Positions 29,466 to 40,106 of a stretch of DNA of 64,000 bases are shown piece after piece. Within the stretch, counting starts at the first letter, position 1; each line of letters begins with the position of its first letter. The DNA lies in IMG/VR virus record IMGVR_UViG_2917762859_000001. One strand, 5' to 3'. The notes beneath the pieces were generated by a model. It did not search any database. It had not been told where the DNA came from and worked only from the letters and a program-made list of their open reading frames with translations. Both the position numbers and the translations under genes were made by a program. The stretch comes from a virus. Its lineage: Duplodnaviria > Caudoviricetes.

Positions 29466-29747
29466 GTTATCTGCAATGGTAAGGTGTCTTTTGGTGAGTA
29501 AAATCACCCTTGCACTGCATGGAGAAGGCGCCTTAACCATTGTGGAGAATGCCAAGGCTGATTGGCTAACTCGCATGGGCTACTGCACTTATCAGGATAG
29601 AAGCACACACGCCATGGGGAACCTGAACGCATACACTCTCAGCGTATGCCTCCACAATTATTCCAACCATCCGGAATTACCGGATAGTTCACATTTTGAA
29701 GATCGCCTAGGCGGTCTTTTTTATTATCTAAAATAAGGAACGAAATT

Positions 29748-29996
29748 ATGTACGCACTTAAATTAATTACTGAACGTGAAGGTCGTAAAGTGGAAGAAGT
29801 CCACTGCTTAGGAGAAATGTACCGCCTAGAGTTTTACCCAGAATCAGAAAATAAAGATATCGTGGCGCGGGTTGAACACACAAAGAAAGATGCTATCCCT
29901 TCATTTGATATTAAGCGTACAGATCATGCTTACATTACGACAGTAACAGGTGATACTGTTCGGGTTATTTCCAGAGGCAGAAAAGCTTGCCAGTAA
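29748..29996 (+). CDS. Phage hypothetical protein
   Basis: AAGGA RBS; terminators on both sides. Confidence 0.7.
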   Translation: MYALKLITEREGRKVEEVHCLGEMYRLEFYPESENKDIVARVEHTKKDAIPSFDIKRTDHAYITTVTGDTVRVISRGRKACQ

Positions 29997-30061
29997 GGTC
30001 ATTTCGGTGGCTTTTTTTATTTCTACCATTTTGTTGATATCACCGAAATGGTTTCGTATAT

Positions 30062-30137
30062 GCTCCTTTAGTTTCAATATGGTAGAACGGCTATCTTCGG
30101 ATGGACGGCTTGGGTTCGAATCCCGAAAGGAGCCTCA
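30062..30137 (+). ncRNA. tRNA-like RNA with the anticodon loop replaced by a UUCG tetraloop
   Basis: Acceptor stem GCTCCTT/AAGGAGC, D arm, CTATC-TTCG-GATGG arm, T arm with TTCGAAT loop. Confidence 0.65.
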
Positions 30138-30235
30138 CTTATGCCGACCACAGAATCAATCACAACACCTCACGTTCACACAAGAGCTGTGAGTCGGCGT
30201 TCTATTAACTAATTCCTCCAAATAAGGGGGTGAGT

Positions 30236-30553
30236 ATGAATCATATGAAAGAAACCCCTGAATTTTGGGCTCAAGTATTCCAAGTTATCGACGCCCATAA
30301 GGAACAAGGCATTAGCGCAGCGCTAGCAACTAGCATGGCTATTCTACGTGGTAAATACAACGGAGGTGGCTGGAAGAAAACGTTATTTGATGGTGCTATG
30401 TGTGCGTTGTTTGCATGGTTTGTAAAAGACCTCTTGACGCTACTTGGCCTTAATCATGAATTGGCATATCTGGCTAGTGTATTCATTGGGTATGTCGGTG
30501 TGGATGGATTAAGTAAACTCATTAAGGGTAAGGCAGGGCTGAAAAATGACTAG
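30236..30553 (+). CDS. Holin (lambda S family)
   Basis: ILRGKYNGGGW..IGYVGVD; three TM segments. Confidence 0.9.
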   Translation: MNHMKETPEFWAQVFQVIDAHKEQGISAALATSMAILRGKYNGGGWKKTLFDGAMCALFAWFVKDLLTLLGLNHELAYLASVFIGYVGVDGLSKLIKGKAGLKND

Positions 30554-30965
30554 ACCCGCACGCGGTGAACGCAATAACAACCCAGGCAACATTGACTATA
30601 ACCCACGTAATAAATGGAAAGGTTTAGTCGGAATTGAAACGGGAGTTCCTAACCCTCGATTCTGTGTCTTTGAGTCGCCTGAGTATGGCATCAGAGCAAT
30701 TTATAAACTAACTCAAACATATCAACGTAAATATGGTTTGAACTCAGTATCAGCAATTATTAATAAGTATGCACCGCCAGTTGAGAACAACACGAATGGT
30801 TATGTTAGCCGTGCATCAAAAGAGATTGGTGTTGGTATTAATGACAAGATAGATACTCAATCAAAGTCAGTTGCTATCTCTTTAGCAAAAGCAATCGTGG
30901 GCGTTGAGTTGGGCTATCAACCGTATTCACAAAAAGTCTTTGAAGATGCTTGGTTGTTACTTTAA
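30546..30965 (+). CDS. Endolysin (lysozyme-like, RNNNPGNI family)
   Basis: RGERNNNPGNI and YAPPVENNT motifs; follows holin. Confidence 0.75.
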   Translation: MTRPARGERNNNPGNIDYNPRNKWKGLVGIETGVPNPRFCVFESPEYGIRAIYKLTQTYQRKYGLNSVSAIINKYAPPVENNTNGYVSRASKEIGVGINDKIDTQSKSVAISLAKAIVGVELGYQPYSQKVFEDAWLLL

Positions 30966-31164
30966 CTCAATAATTAATCCTATCTCATAGCCTCGCATTT
31001 GCGGGGCTTTTTTGTATCCACGTTTTACGCACACCGAAAGTGCAAATCACATCGAGCCAATATTTAGGTAATGAGCCTTTGAGGGGATCAGTTAAAGCTG
31101 GTGTCGCTTCGATGGGCTGATTTCCTATTTCGGCAAAGGTTCATTACTAAATAAGGTAGACACT

Positions 31165-31743
31165 ATGACTAATACAATTACTGTTCCATTTTATGATAAC
31201 GAGCTTTATGTTGTTGAGCATAACAATGAGCCGTATGTTCCCATGAAGCCAATAATTGAAGGTATGGGATTAAATTGGGCATCACAGTTTACTAAGTTAA
31301 AAAAACGCTTTAGTAAAGGTATTGTGGAAATCGCAATACCTTCTAAGGGTGGTGAGCAATCAATGATTTGCCTACAACTTAGAAAACTTTCAGCTTGGAT
31401 GCTGACTATTTACCCTAACAAAGTTAAACCTGAAATTAGAGGTAACGTTATTCGATTTCAGGATGAATGCGATGATGTCCTTTATCAATATTGGACAGAA
31501 GGGGTGGTTGTTAACCCTCGCAAGTTAAGCGTGATGGAACAACTCAATGAAGCTTGTGCTGATTTTAAAAGAGATGAAGCGATTGCGAGTAAGTTTGGCA
31601 AAGGGTTAAACGCTTGGAAGGATGTTAAGCCTCAACATGAAAATAAAATTCAGAGCCTAAAAGAAAAAGCAGGGGAAATGGTACTTGATTTTATTTTGAT
31701 GGAAACGGGTAAAGGTAAAATAACGAGGGGTAGTTGTGAATAA
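31165..31743 (+). CDS. P22 Ant N-terminal-domain protein (antirepressor-like)
   Basis: EPYVPMKPIIEGMGLNWASQ and FQDECDDVLYQYW motifs. Confidence 0.85.
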   Translation: MTNTITVPFYDNELYVVEHNNEPYVPMKPIIEGMGLNWASQFTKLKKRFSKGIVEIAIPSKGGEQSMICLQLRKLSAWMLTIYPNKVKPEIRGNVIRFQDECDDVLYQYWTEGVVVNPRKLSVMEQLNEACADFKRDEAIASKFGKGLNAWKDVKPQHENKIQSLKEKAGEMVLDFILMETGKGKITRGSCE

Positions 31744-32188
31744 GTTAAAGCCCTGGTTTCCCATTTTATTATGGGGAGCTTTGTGTGTTGCTCTATTCTT
31801 TTCAACCAAAGAAATGATTGAGCTTGGTAAAGAGAATAAAGAGCTAAAGAAAACAAACGACTCTCTTGTGGTTGAAATGGCCGATTACGAAAAGCGCATT
31901 AACTCACTTCATGAACTTGATACAACACACACGATGGAACTCACAAATGCAAAAGCTGAAATTGATAGGTTGCGCGTTAGTGCTGGGCGCAACCCTGAAC
32001 GGGTGTACATCAAAGCCGAATGTCCAAAGAGCGCTACCACTTCCACCTCCGGCGTGGCTAATGCAACCACCGCCCGACCTACTGACACCGCTATCAGAAA
32101 TTATTGGTTACTCCGAGAGCGAATTGCAGAATCAGAGCAAGTGATATTGGGATTACAGGATTATATTAGGACGGAGTGTGTGAACTAA
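31736..32188 (+). CDS. rz: Rz i-spanin
   Basis: N-terminal TM, coiled coil, LQDYIRTEC C-terminus. Confidence 0.9.
   Translation: MNKLKPWFPILLWGALCVALFFSTKEMIELGKENKELKKTNDSLVVEMADYEKRINSLHELDTTHTMELTNAKAEIDRLRVSAGRNPERVYIKAECPKSATTSTSGVANATTARPTDTAIRNYWLLRERIAESEQVILGLQDYIRTECVN
31947..32144 (+). CDS. rz1: Rz1 o-spanin lipoprotein embedded in rz
   Basis: Lipobox LNGC; proline-rich PPPAWLMQPPPD. Confidence 0.85.
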   Translation: MQKLKLIGCALVLGATLNGCTSKPNVQRALPLPPPAWLMQPPPDLLTPLSEIIGYSESELQNQSK

Positions 32189-32718
32189 AAAAAGCCCTAC
32201 GTAGGGTACGAGGGCAAACTAACAAGATATCAATTAAAGTATAGCGATGTTTACTTAGTATAGCTTAGGTAAATATATATACCAGATTGATTATTCTTAT
32301 CTATCTCCTACCTAAATAAACAGCGCAATATAAAAATAACCCTGTGAGTTTGGGCTCCCACAGGGCTTTCACTAGTATGTGTGAAAACAATAGATTATCA
32401 ATATCCACTAAGCCAATCTGTTAATAATCAACGTAAGTTTTTAAAAAACAATCTTTCTTTGCCTGTTTGTCGTAGAGCAAGTTACATGGCGGTAGATCAT
32501 TATCGTCGAAGTTCTCAAGCAAGTAGAAAAGGGCGAATGTTTGACGACTGCTTACATATTGCCAAAGTATGGGTGAATAAATTTGCTAAGGATATGATAA
32601 AAATATTTATATCTAGCGCGTTGTTATTTAGACATATTCTGTAAAAATAATAAGTTAACACAGGTTATTCAGCTATATTGGGCATGATTATTTTTTTAAT
32701 TAATTATTTTAATGGATT

Positions 32719-32805
32719 TTATTTTCGTTTGTTCTTTGAGTCAGATTTTGTAGTGGCGAGGGAAATCAAGAATACAATAGCGATAATTGTGTATAAAAAA
32801 TACAT
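32719..32805 (-). CDS. 28-aa hydrophobic peptide
   Basis: AAGGAGGT RBS; MYFLYTIIAIVFLISLATTKSDSKNKRK. Confidence 0.5.
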   Translation of the reverse strand: MYFLYTIIAIVFLISLATTKSDSKNKRK

Positions 32806-33180
32806 AATACCTCCTTGTTTGAATGTGTGTCAGAGAGGCTTTATTATTGATGTAAGGTCATTCGGGAAATAAACATCTATAACAAAAAACTAGCATTCTC
32901 ACATAAGAATATAAGCCTATATATTAACATTAAAAGTAATTATCGAGAGTGATGTGAGTCTAATTAATATCATGAGTGTAAATTATTTATTTATTAATCA
33001 TTTGGTTACAATGAAATAACATGCTGTAATTATCCATTACAAAGAATTGATTTTTTATTAAATTAATAGATGTAATTATAGTAATTAAATTCAATAAATA
33101 TCATGTATTGAGAGGCGTTGATAGAGTTTATAGAGATAGCCATCAGTTAATCACTGGTGGCTTTTTTATTGGAGAAGATT

Positions 33181-33612
33181 ATGTCAGATAAAAAAGAGAT
33201 AGGTGAATTGATCTATAAAGTCTCAGTCGATACAACAGAGTTAGATAAGTTAGAAGAGCAACTCACTCGCATTAAGCAACTGATGCAAGATGTAGGTATC
33301 AAGGTCAATATCAAACCAGAGCAAGGCAATGATTTCTTTATTGCAGGTTCAGGTGGTTATTTTATTAAAGATGCTGTTATTGATGGAGCAAAACTTAAGT
33401 GCTGTGTATCAGGTGATGCAGTGTTTAGTGGTGTGCTTGTCAGTAATAAGTCAGAGCATGACATCAATGCTCAACTGACAAATTTACGAATGCAAATTGA
33501 TCGACAAGATGTTGCTATCAATGAGTTAAAAAGAGTAATGGAAACTCAGAATAATGCATGGTCACAGGCTGTGAATGATTTAACTAACAGAACGTGGTGC
33601 AGTCAGAAGTAA
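33181..33612 (+). CDS. Phage hypothetical protein
   Basis: GGAG RBS; lies before the HNH gene. Confidence 0.65.
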   Translation: MSDKKEIGELIYKVSVDTTELDKLEEQLTRIKQLMQDVGIKVNIKPEQGNDFFIAGSGGYFIKDAVIDGAKLKCCVSGDAVFSGVLVSNKSEHDINAQLTNLRMQIDRQDVAINELKRVMETQNNAWSQAVNDLTNRTWCSQK

Positions 33613-33698
33613 AGGTGAAAATACCCTATGTTCAATAAAGGGTATTATCCTCTTCTTTAAAATGGCAGATATCTGCCCTTTAAATTATAGGAGATAAC

Positions 33699-34046
33699 AT
33701 GCCACCTCGCATACCTCGTGCGTGTCGTAAACAGGGATGCGCTAAGACAACAACAGAACGTAATGGTTACTGTGAAGATCATCAGAACTTAGGATGGGAA
33801 ACCCACCAGCGCGGTAAGTCTCGTCATCAACGTGGTTATGGTAGTAACTGGGATAAGTTACGAGTACGTATACTCAAACGTGATAAGTATCTGTGTCAGG
33901 AATGCTTAAGAATAGGACGAGCAACTGAAGCGAAAACGGTTGACCATATCATTGCTAAAGCACATGGGGGTACCGATGCAGACACTAACCTGCAGTCATT
34001 ATGTATTCCATGTCATAGAACCAAGACAGCAAAAGAAAGAATCTAA
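33699..34046 (+). CDS. HNH endonuclease (HK97 gp74-like)
   Basis: CQEC..VDHII..NLQSLCIPCH. Confidence 0.9.
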   Translation: MPPRIPRACRKQGCAKTTTERNGYCEDHQNLGWETHQRGKSRHQRGYGSNWDKLRVRILKRDKYLCQECLRIGRATEAKTVDHIIAKAHGGTDADTNLQSLCIPCHRTKTAKERI

Positions 34047-34124
34047 TATTAAATATAATCCATTGATATATAACAATTAAATAAATTTATGAAAAATATT
34101 TAATTTCACATTGATATTATAACG

Positions 34125-34205
34125 CACAGGGAGGAGGGGAGGGTCAAATCTCTACCACTTTCGCCTGATAGGACCGCCCCCTTAAGTCAATTTTTATACC
34201 CGCGA
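34125..34205 (+). other. Putative cos region
   Basis: GGGAGGGTCAAATCTCTA..GGACCGCCCCC between HNH and terS. Confidence 0.5.
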
Positions 34206-34279
34206 AAAATGAAATTAAAACTGGCTAATTGTTTAGCAATATTTATGCATTGGATCCTGAATTATTTGGAGGTTTATTT

Positions 34280-34774
34280 ATGGCTGGCACTCCGGGCAAA
34301 TCTGGTCGTCGCCCGAAGCCTACCGCCAGAAAAGAATTGGCCGGTAATCCGGGAAAACGAGCACTCAATAAAGACGAGCCGGTATTCACACCACTAAAAG
34401 GCGTGACGCCACCAGATTGGTTTACCGAAAACAAACTAGAGCTTGCTGTTGTTATGTGGGAAGTCACAATCAAGGAGCTTTGTGGTCAAGGCATATTATG
34501 TATTACCGATCTCGCTGTGCTTGAGCGTTGGTGTGTCGCCTATCATATTTGGCGTAATGCGGTAATTGCGATCATGCGTGATGGTACTCGCTTAATTGGC
34601 GCCACAGGAGGGCCAATAAAAAACCCTGATTTAACGACAAAAAAAGAACAAGAAAGTGAAATGGATCGCACAGGCGCAATGTTGGGTTTAGATCCGAGTA
34701 GTCGTCAGCGATTAATTGGCCTTGCGGGGCAAAAAAAGCAAGATAACCCCTTTATGAGGATTATTTCATCATGA
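34280..34774 (+). CDS. terS: Terminase small subunit (P27 family)
   Basis: GRRPKPT..GNPGKR and LGLDPSSR motifs. Confidence 0.9.
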   Translation: MAGTPGKSGRRPKPTARKELAGNPGKRALNKDEPVFTPLKGVTPPDWFTENKLELAVVMWEVTIKELCGQGILCITDLAVLERWCVAYHIWRNAVIAIMRDGTRLIGATGGPIKNPDLTTKKEQESEMDRTGAMLGLDPSSRQRLIGLAGQKKQDNPFMRIISS

Positions 34775-36501
34775 GTCGTAAATCTTACCCGAACGTCAAT
34801 GCGGCAAATCAATATGCGCGTGATGTGGTGCGTGGCAAGATTGTGGCATGTCAGTATGTGATTGATGCCTGTCAGCGACATATTGATGATATGGCACAAG
34901 AGAAATCGCGAAAATTTCGCTATCGATTTGATAAGGATTTAGCCGAGCAAGCTGCAAAGTTTATTCAGTTATTGCCCCACACCAAAGGTGAGTGGGCATT
35001 TAAACGAATGCCTATTACGCTTGAACCTTGGCAACTCTTTATTGTTTGCAGTGCATTTGGGTGGGTTCAAAAAGGAACAAAACTTCGTCGCTTTCGTGAG
35101 GTGTATACCGAAATTCCGCGTAAAAATGGGAAATCAGCTATTTCCGCAGGCGTTGCGCTGTATTGCTTTACTTGTGATAACGAATTTGGTGCGGAGGTTT
35201 ATTCTGGTGCTACGACAGAAAAACAAGCATGGGAAGTATTTAGACCAGCTAAGTTGATGTGTAAGCGCACTCCGTTGTTAACCGAGGCATTTGGCATTGA
35301 GGTTAATGCAAAAAACATGAATCGCCCTGAAGATGGGGCGCGTTTTGAACCGCTGATTGGTGACCCAGGTGATGGTCAGTCTCCACATTGTGCAATCGTG
35401 GATGAATACCATGAGCATGATACTGACTCCCTTTACACAACAATGCTAACCGGAATGGGGGCAAGACGTCAGCCGTTGATGTGGGCTATCACAACGGCGG
35501 GTTATAATATCGAAGGGCCTTGTTACGATAAGCGCCGTGAAGTGATCGAAATGCTCAATGGAACAGTGCCTAATGATGAATTATTTGGTGTCATTTATAC
35601 CGTTGATGAAAAAGATGATTGGACTGATCCGAATACACTGAAGAAAGCTAATCCCAATATGGGGGTTTCTGTTTATAGTGAGTTTCTTATTAGTCAGCAA
35701 AATAGAGCTAAAAATAACCCTCGATTAGCCAGTATTTTCAAAACTAAACATTTAAATATTTGGGTTTCTGCTCGTTCGGCTTTCTTTAATATGTTGAGTT
35801 GGCGAGCGTGTGAAGATAAAACACTCACGTTAGAGATGTTTGAAGGTCAGTCTTGCTATCAAGCTCTTGACTTAGCTAGAAAAATCGATATGAATTCGCG
35901 GGTAAAGTTGTTTACTCGTGAAATAGAAGGCAAACGTCATTATTACTGCATTTCACCCAGTTTTTATGTGCCCTACAATGCAGTTTTTAGTGCTGATATT
36001 GAAAATCAGCGTACTGCAGAGCGATTTAAAAAATGGGTAGAAACAAAACATTTAACCCTCACTGATGGCGCGGAGATTGATTACCGCGTTATTTTGGAAG
36101 ATGCAATAGCAGATAACCTCAATACACCCATTAGTGAAAGCCCAATTGACCCTCATGGAGCAACTAACTTATCGCATCAGTTAGCCGATGAAGGGCTAAA
36201 CCCTATCACAATCGTTCAAAACTACACAAATATGTCGGATCCAATGAAAGAGCTTGAAGCTGCAATTGCTTCTGGGCGCTTTCATCATGATGGTAATCCG
36301 ATTATGACATGGTGTATGGGGAATGTGGTTGGTAAATATCTACCAGGTAATGACGATGTGGTGAGGCCCATTAAAGAGCAGAACGAGAACAAAATTGACG
36401 GTGCAGTTGCATTAATTATGGCAATTGGGCGAGCAATGCTACATGAAGAGCGTGACTTCCTTTCCTCTTTAGATCCTAACGAAGACCTTTTATTCCTATG
36501 A
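34771..36501 (+). CDS. terL: Terminase large subunit
   Basis: PRKNGKS, VDEYHEH and KIDGAVA motifs. Confidence 0.95.
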   Translation: MSRKSYPNVNAANQYARDVVRGKIVACQYVIDACQRHIDDMAQEKSRKFRYRFDKDLAEQAAKFIQLLPHTKGEWAFKRMPITLEPWQLFIVCSAFGWVQKGTKLRRFREVYTEIPRKNGKSAISAGVALYCFTCDNEFGAEVYSGATTEKQAWEVFRPAKLMCKRTPLLTEAFGIEVNAKNMNRPEDGARFEPLIGDPGDGQSPHCAIVDEYHEHDTDSLYTTMLTGMGARRQPLMWAITTAGYNIEGPCYDKRREVIEMLNGTVPNDELFGVIYTVDEKDDWTDPNTLKKANPNMGVSVYSEFLISQQNRAKNNPRLASIFKTKHLNIWVSARSAFFNMLSWRACEDKTLTLEMFEGQSCYQALDLARKIDMNSRVKLFTREIEGKRHYYCISPSFYVPYNAVFSADIENQRTAERFKKWVETKHLTLTDGAEIDYRVILEDAIADNLNTPISESPIDPHGATNLSHQLADEGLNPITIVQNYTNMSDPMKELEAAIASGRFHHDGNPIMTWCMGNVVGKYLPGNDDVVRPIKEQNENKIDGAVALIMAIGRAMLHEERDFLSSLDPNEDLLFL

Positions 36502-36648
36502 AAAACTTATTACTTGATATCACTGCACTGGCTGGTGTTGGTGCGGTTATGGCGGGGTGTTATCTAAAATATGGTGTTGCTAACACGCTGATTATCGGTG
36601 GTTGCATTGCAATAACCTATGCCTTGGCGGTAGCTATGAGGGGGAAAC

Positions 36649-37878
36649 GTGTTAATTGATGCTCTATTTCGCAACGACTCATCCAGTTTAGAGAACCCTA
36701 ACACACCGATTACGGCTGACTCTATTGATAATGACGGATTATTTACGGCTGATGTATATGTTAGCCCTGAAACATCCATGAAATTAGCAGCAGTTTATGC
36801 CTGTATTTATGTGCTTTCATCGTCTATTGCCCAGATGCCACTGCATGTAATGCGAAAGTCGGGTAATAGGGTAGAAACTGCGCGTGATCATCCTTTGTTT
36901 TATTTAGTTCATGATGAGCCTAACGAGTGGCAAACAAGCTATAAATGGCGCGAAACAAAAGAGCGTCATGTGCTGGGGTGGGGGAATGGTTATACGCAAG
37001 TTATCCGTAATCGAAAAGGCGAGGTGACAAATTTAGAAGCTTGTATGCCGTGGGAAACGACACTGCTTAATACTGGTGGTCGATACACTTACGGCGTTTA
37101 TAACGAATTGGGGAATTTTGCCATTAGCCCTGATGACATGATCCATATTCGGGCGTTAGGGAATAATCAAAGAATGGGGATCAGCCCAATCATTCAACAT
37201 GCGGAAACCATCGGCATGGGTATGTCCGGGCAGAAATACACAAGTTCGTTTTTCGGTGGTAATGCTCGTCCGGCAGGTATCGTCTCAGTGAAGGGTGATT
37301 TACAGAAAGACGGCTGGGAGCGACTGAAAGATATGTGGCAAAAAGCTTCCCGAATGTTACGAAGTCAAGAAAATAAAACCATGCTTTTACCTGCCGATCT
37401 GGATTACAAGGCGCTGACGGTTTCTCCTGTTGATGCTCAATTGATTGATATGTTGAAACTGAATCGCTCAATGATTGCAGGGATCTTCAATGTGCCAGCT
37501 CACATGATTAACGACCTCGAAAAAGCCACTTTCTCAAACATCTCAGAACAATCCATTCAGTTTGTACGGCATACCATCATGCCATGGGTAGTGAACTGGG
37601 AGCAGGAATTAAATCGACGCTTGTTTACTCGACAAGAGCGAGTGGCCGGCTTTTATGTGCGATTTAATTTAGCGGGGTTGTTGCGAGGGACACCGAAAGA
37701 GCGAGCCGATTTCTATCATTTTGCCATTACAGATGGTTGGATGAGTCGTAATGAGGCGCGTGCCTTTGAGGATATGAATCCTGTTGATGGTCTTGATGAA
37801 ATGCTAGTGAGCGTCAATGCGACTCAGTTCACAGGGGGAAAAACAGAAGAACCGAAAGGGGATAACGATGAGCAGTGA
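36649..37878 (+). CDS. Portal protein (HK97 family)
   Basis: AVYACI, IAGIFNVP and ATFSNISEQ motifs. Confidence 0.95.
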   Translation: MLIDALFRNDSSSLENPNTPITADSIDNDGLFTADVYVSPETSMKLAAVYACIYVLSSSIAQMPLHVMRKSGNRVETARDHPLFYLVHDEPNEWQTSYKWRETKERHVLGWGNGYTQVIRNRKGEVTNLEACMPWETTLLNTGGRYTYGVYNELGNFAISPDDMIHIRALGNNQRMGISPIIQHAETIGMGMSGQKYTSSFFGGNARPAGIVSVKGDLQKDGWERLKDMWQKASRMLRSQENKTMLLPADLDYKALTVSPVDAQLIDMLKLNRSMIAGIFNVPAHMINDLEKATFSNISEQSIQFVRHTIMPWVVNWEQELNRRLFTRQERVAGFYVRFNLAGLLRGTPKERADFYHFAITDGWMSRNEARAFEDMNPVDGLDEMLVSVNATQFTGGKTEEPKGDNDEQ

Positions 37879-38473
37879 AAAAGAAACACGATGTTATGTC
37901 GGTGAGGTTCGGGCGGAAGCAGGAGAAGAAAATAAACCGACACATATCGTGGGTTTAGGCTCTGTTTTCGATTCCCGATCTGAGCTGATTTATGGGTTCC
38001 GTGAAATCATTAAGCCGGGCGCATTTGATGATGTACTCAATGATGATGTGCGCGGGTTATTTAATCACGATCCAAATTATATTTTAGGGCGAACAACCGC
38101 AGGAACCTTGTCGCTTAGCGTCAATGAACGTGGGCTTGTTTACGATATTACGGCACCTGATACACAAACCATTCGTGATTTAGTGTTGGCACCGATGCAA
38201 CGTGGCGATATCAATCAAAGTTCTTTTGCATTTCGAGTGGCGCGGGACGGTGAAGACTGGTACCAGGATGATGAGGGTGTTGTTATTCGTGAAATAACCC
38301 GATTTTCTCGACTCTATGATGTCAGTCCTGTCACCTATCCTGCGTATCAAGATGCAGACTCTGCAGTTCGTTCAATGAATGCATGGAAAGAAGCCAGAGA
38401 TAGTGGCGATCTCCAAAAAGCAATTAATCAAAAATTGGCGCGTGAGCGTCTTATGACTTTACTCAATGCATAA
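37868..38473 (+). CDS. Prohead protease (HK97 family)
   Basis: LFNHD, SSFAF and DVSPVTYPAY motifs. Confidence 0.95.
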   Translation: MSSEKETRCYVGEVRAEAGEENKPTHIVGLGSVFDSRSELIYGFREIIKPGAFDDVLNDDVRGLFNHDPNYILGRTTAGTLSLSVNERGLVYDITAPDTQTIRDLVLAPMQRGDINQSSFAFRVARDGEDWYQDDEGVVIREITRFSRLYDVSPVTYPAYQDADSAVRSMNAWKEARDSGDLQKAINQKLARERLMTLLNA

Positions 38474-38482
38474 GGTAATACT

Positions 38483-39712
38483 ATGACTATGAAGCTTCAT
38501 GAATTAAAACAAAAACGTAACACTATCGCGATTGATATGCGCGCCATTCACGAAAAAGTGGGTGATGGTGTGATGACTGAAGAGCAACGCACTCAATGGA
38601 ATAAAGCGCAAACTGAACTTGAAAATTTAGATGCTCAGATTCAGCGTGAAGAGCAACTACGCTCATTAGATCAAGATTTGGTTGATGACAAAGAGAAAGA
38701 ACAGCGTGGTCAACAACCGAATAACCCTGAAACAGAGCAAGCAGAGCGTCGCAATCAAGCGTTTGACCGCTTCCTGCGCTGTGGTTTTGGTGAACTCACT
38801 GCAGAAGAGCGCCAAGCGGTCAAAGAACTTCGTGCACAGGGTACTTCGCCCGATGAGAAAGGTGGCTATACCGTTCCTACTCAGATGTTGAATAAAATTG
38901 TTGATCAAATGAAAGCCTATGGCGGTATTGCAAGTGTGGCTCAAATTTTATCAACTGCCACCGGTCAAGATATTACCTGGTCAACATCCGATGGTACTGA
39001 TGAAGAAGGTGAATTACTGGGCGAAAATACCGCAGCAGGTGAGCAAGATGTTGAGTTTGGTACTGCCATTTTAGGGGCTAAAAAACTTACATCAAAAATT
39101 ATTCGCGTTTCGAACGAATTATTGCAAGATAGTGGTGTAGATATTCAAGCGTATCTGGCTTCACGTATTGCTCAGCGCATTGGTCGTGGTGAAGCTAAAT
39201 ACTTGATTAAAGGCACTGGAAAAGGATCACCTGTACAGCCATCAGGTTTAGAAACCTCAGTGACAAATACGGTTGATGTAGCCGGCGCCTCATTAAGTTG
39301 GAAAGATATTACCGAGTTAGAACATGCGATTGATCCTGCGTACCGTAATAGCCCTAAATTCCGTCTTGCTTTTAATGATGATACGTTGAAAAACCTAAAG
39401 TTAATGGAAGATGCGCAAAAACGCCCTTTATGGCTTCCGTCTATTTCGGGTGTCGCACCCGCTCAAATTTTAGGTATGCAATATGTTGTTGATCAGGCTA
39501 TCGACAAAATGGAAGCGGGTAAAAAATTCATCTTCTGTGGTGACTTTGACCGCTTCATTTTACGTCGTGTGACCTACATGACGTTGAAGCGTTTAGTTGA
39601 ACGTTACGCAGAATATGACCAAACTGCGTTCTTAGCTTTCCATCGTTTTGATTGCGTACTTGAAGATACTTCTGCAATTAAAGCGCTGGTGGGTAAAAGC
39701 GCGACAAAATAG
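38483..39712 (+). CDS. Major capsid protein (HK97 family)
   Basis: Delta domain; GGYTVP and SNELLQDS motifs. Confidence 0.95.
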   Translation: MTMKLHELKQKRNTIAIDMRAIHEKVGDGVMTEEQRTQWNKAQTELENLDAQIQREEQLRSLDQDLVDDKEKEQRGQQPNNPETEQAERRNQAFDRFLRCGFGELTAEERQAVKELRAQGTSPDEKGGYTVPTQMLNKIVDQMKAYGGIASVAQILSTATGQDITWSTSDGTDEEGELLGENTAAGEQDVEFGTAILGAKKLTSKIIRVSNELLQDSGVDIQAYLASRIAQRIGRGEAKYLIKGTGKGSPVQPSGLETSVTNTVDVAGASLSWKDITELEHAIDPAYRNSPKFRLAFNDDTLKNLKLMEDAQKRPLWLPSISGVAPAQILGMQYVVDQAIDKMEAGKKFIFCGDFDRFILRRVTYMTLKRLVERYAEYDQTAFLAFHRFDCVLEDTSAIKALVGKSATK

Positions 39713-39800
39713 TTTTAAATAACACTGAATCAATCAAGTACCGCTTAATTGCGGTTTTTTTGTGCCTGCGATCTGGATGGTCGCAGGTATTGGGGGATTT

Positions 39801-40103
39801 ATGCCATTACCCACACTGGAAAAATTAAAGCAGCAATGTCGATTGGATGAGGATAATACCTTAGAAGATGAATTGCTGAAAACTTATCTGATGGCGGCGA
39901 AGCAACGAGCTGAAGGGTATACCAATCGACATCTCTACGAAAAGGATATTCCAGAGGGAGATCCTGACGGTCTATTAATCACTGATGATATTGAATTGGC
40001 TCTTATGCTGGCCGTTGGTAATTTCTATGAAAATAGAGAAACAGCCATATTGCCAGCAGGATTTAAATTACTGCTCGATCCCTATCGTCATATTAATCTG
40101 TGA
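39801..40103 (+). CDS. Head-tail connector (gp6-like)
   Basis: LAVGNFYENRE..LLDPYR. Confidence 0.85.
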   Translation: MPLPTLEKLKQQCRLDEDNTLEDELLKTYLMAAKQRAEGYTNRHLYEKDIPEGDPDGLLITDDIELALMLAVGNFYENRETAILPAGFKLLLDPYRHINL

Positions 40104-40106
40104 GGA

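Noticed and set aside
29464-29736. 90-aa ORF
   Set aside because: TTG start inside a terminator, no RBS, runs through hairpins and another terminator
29950-30192. 80-aa ORF
   Set aside because: Crosses a terminator and the tRNA-like element
32381-32872. Two plus-strand ORFs
   Set aside because: Weak starts; 32381-32644 may be a gene fragment and 32678-32872 is the antisense shadow of the small peptide
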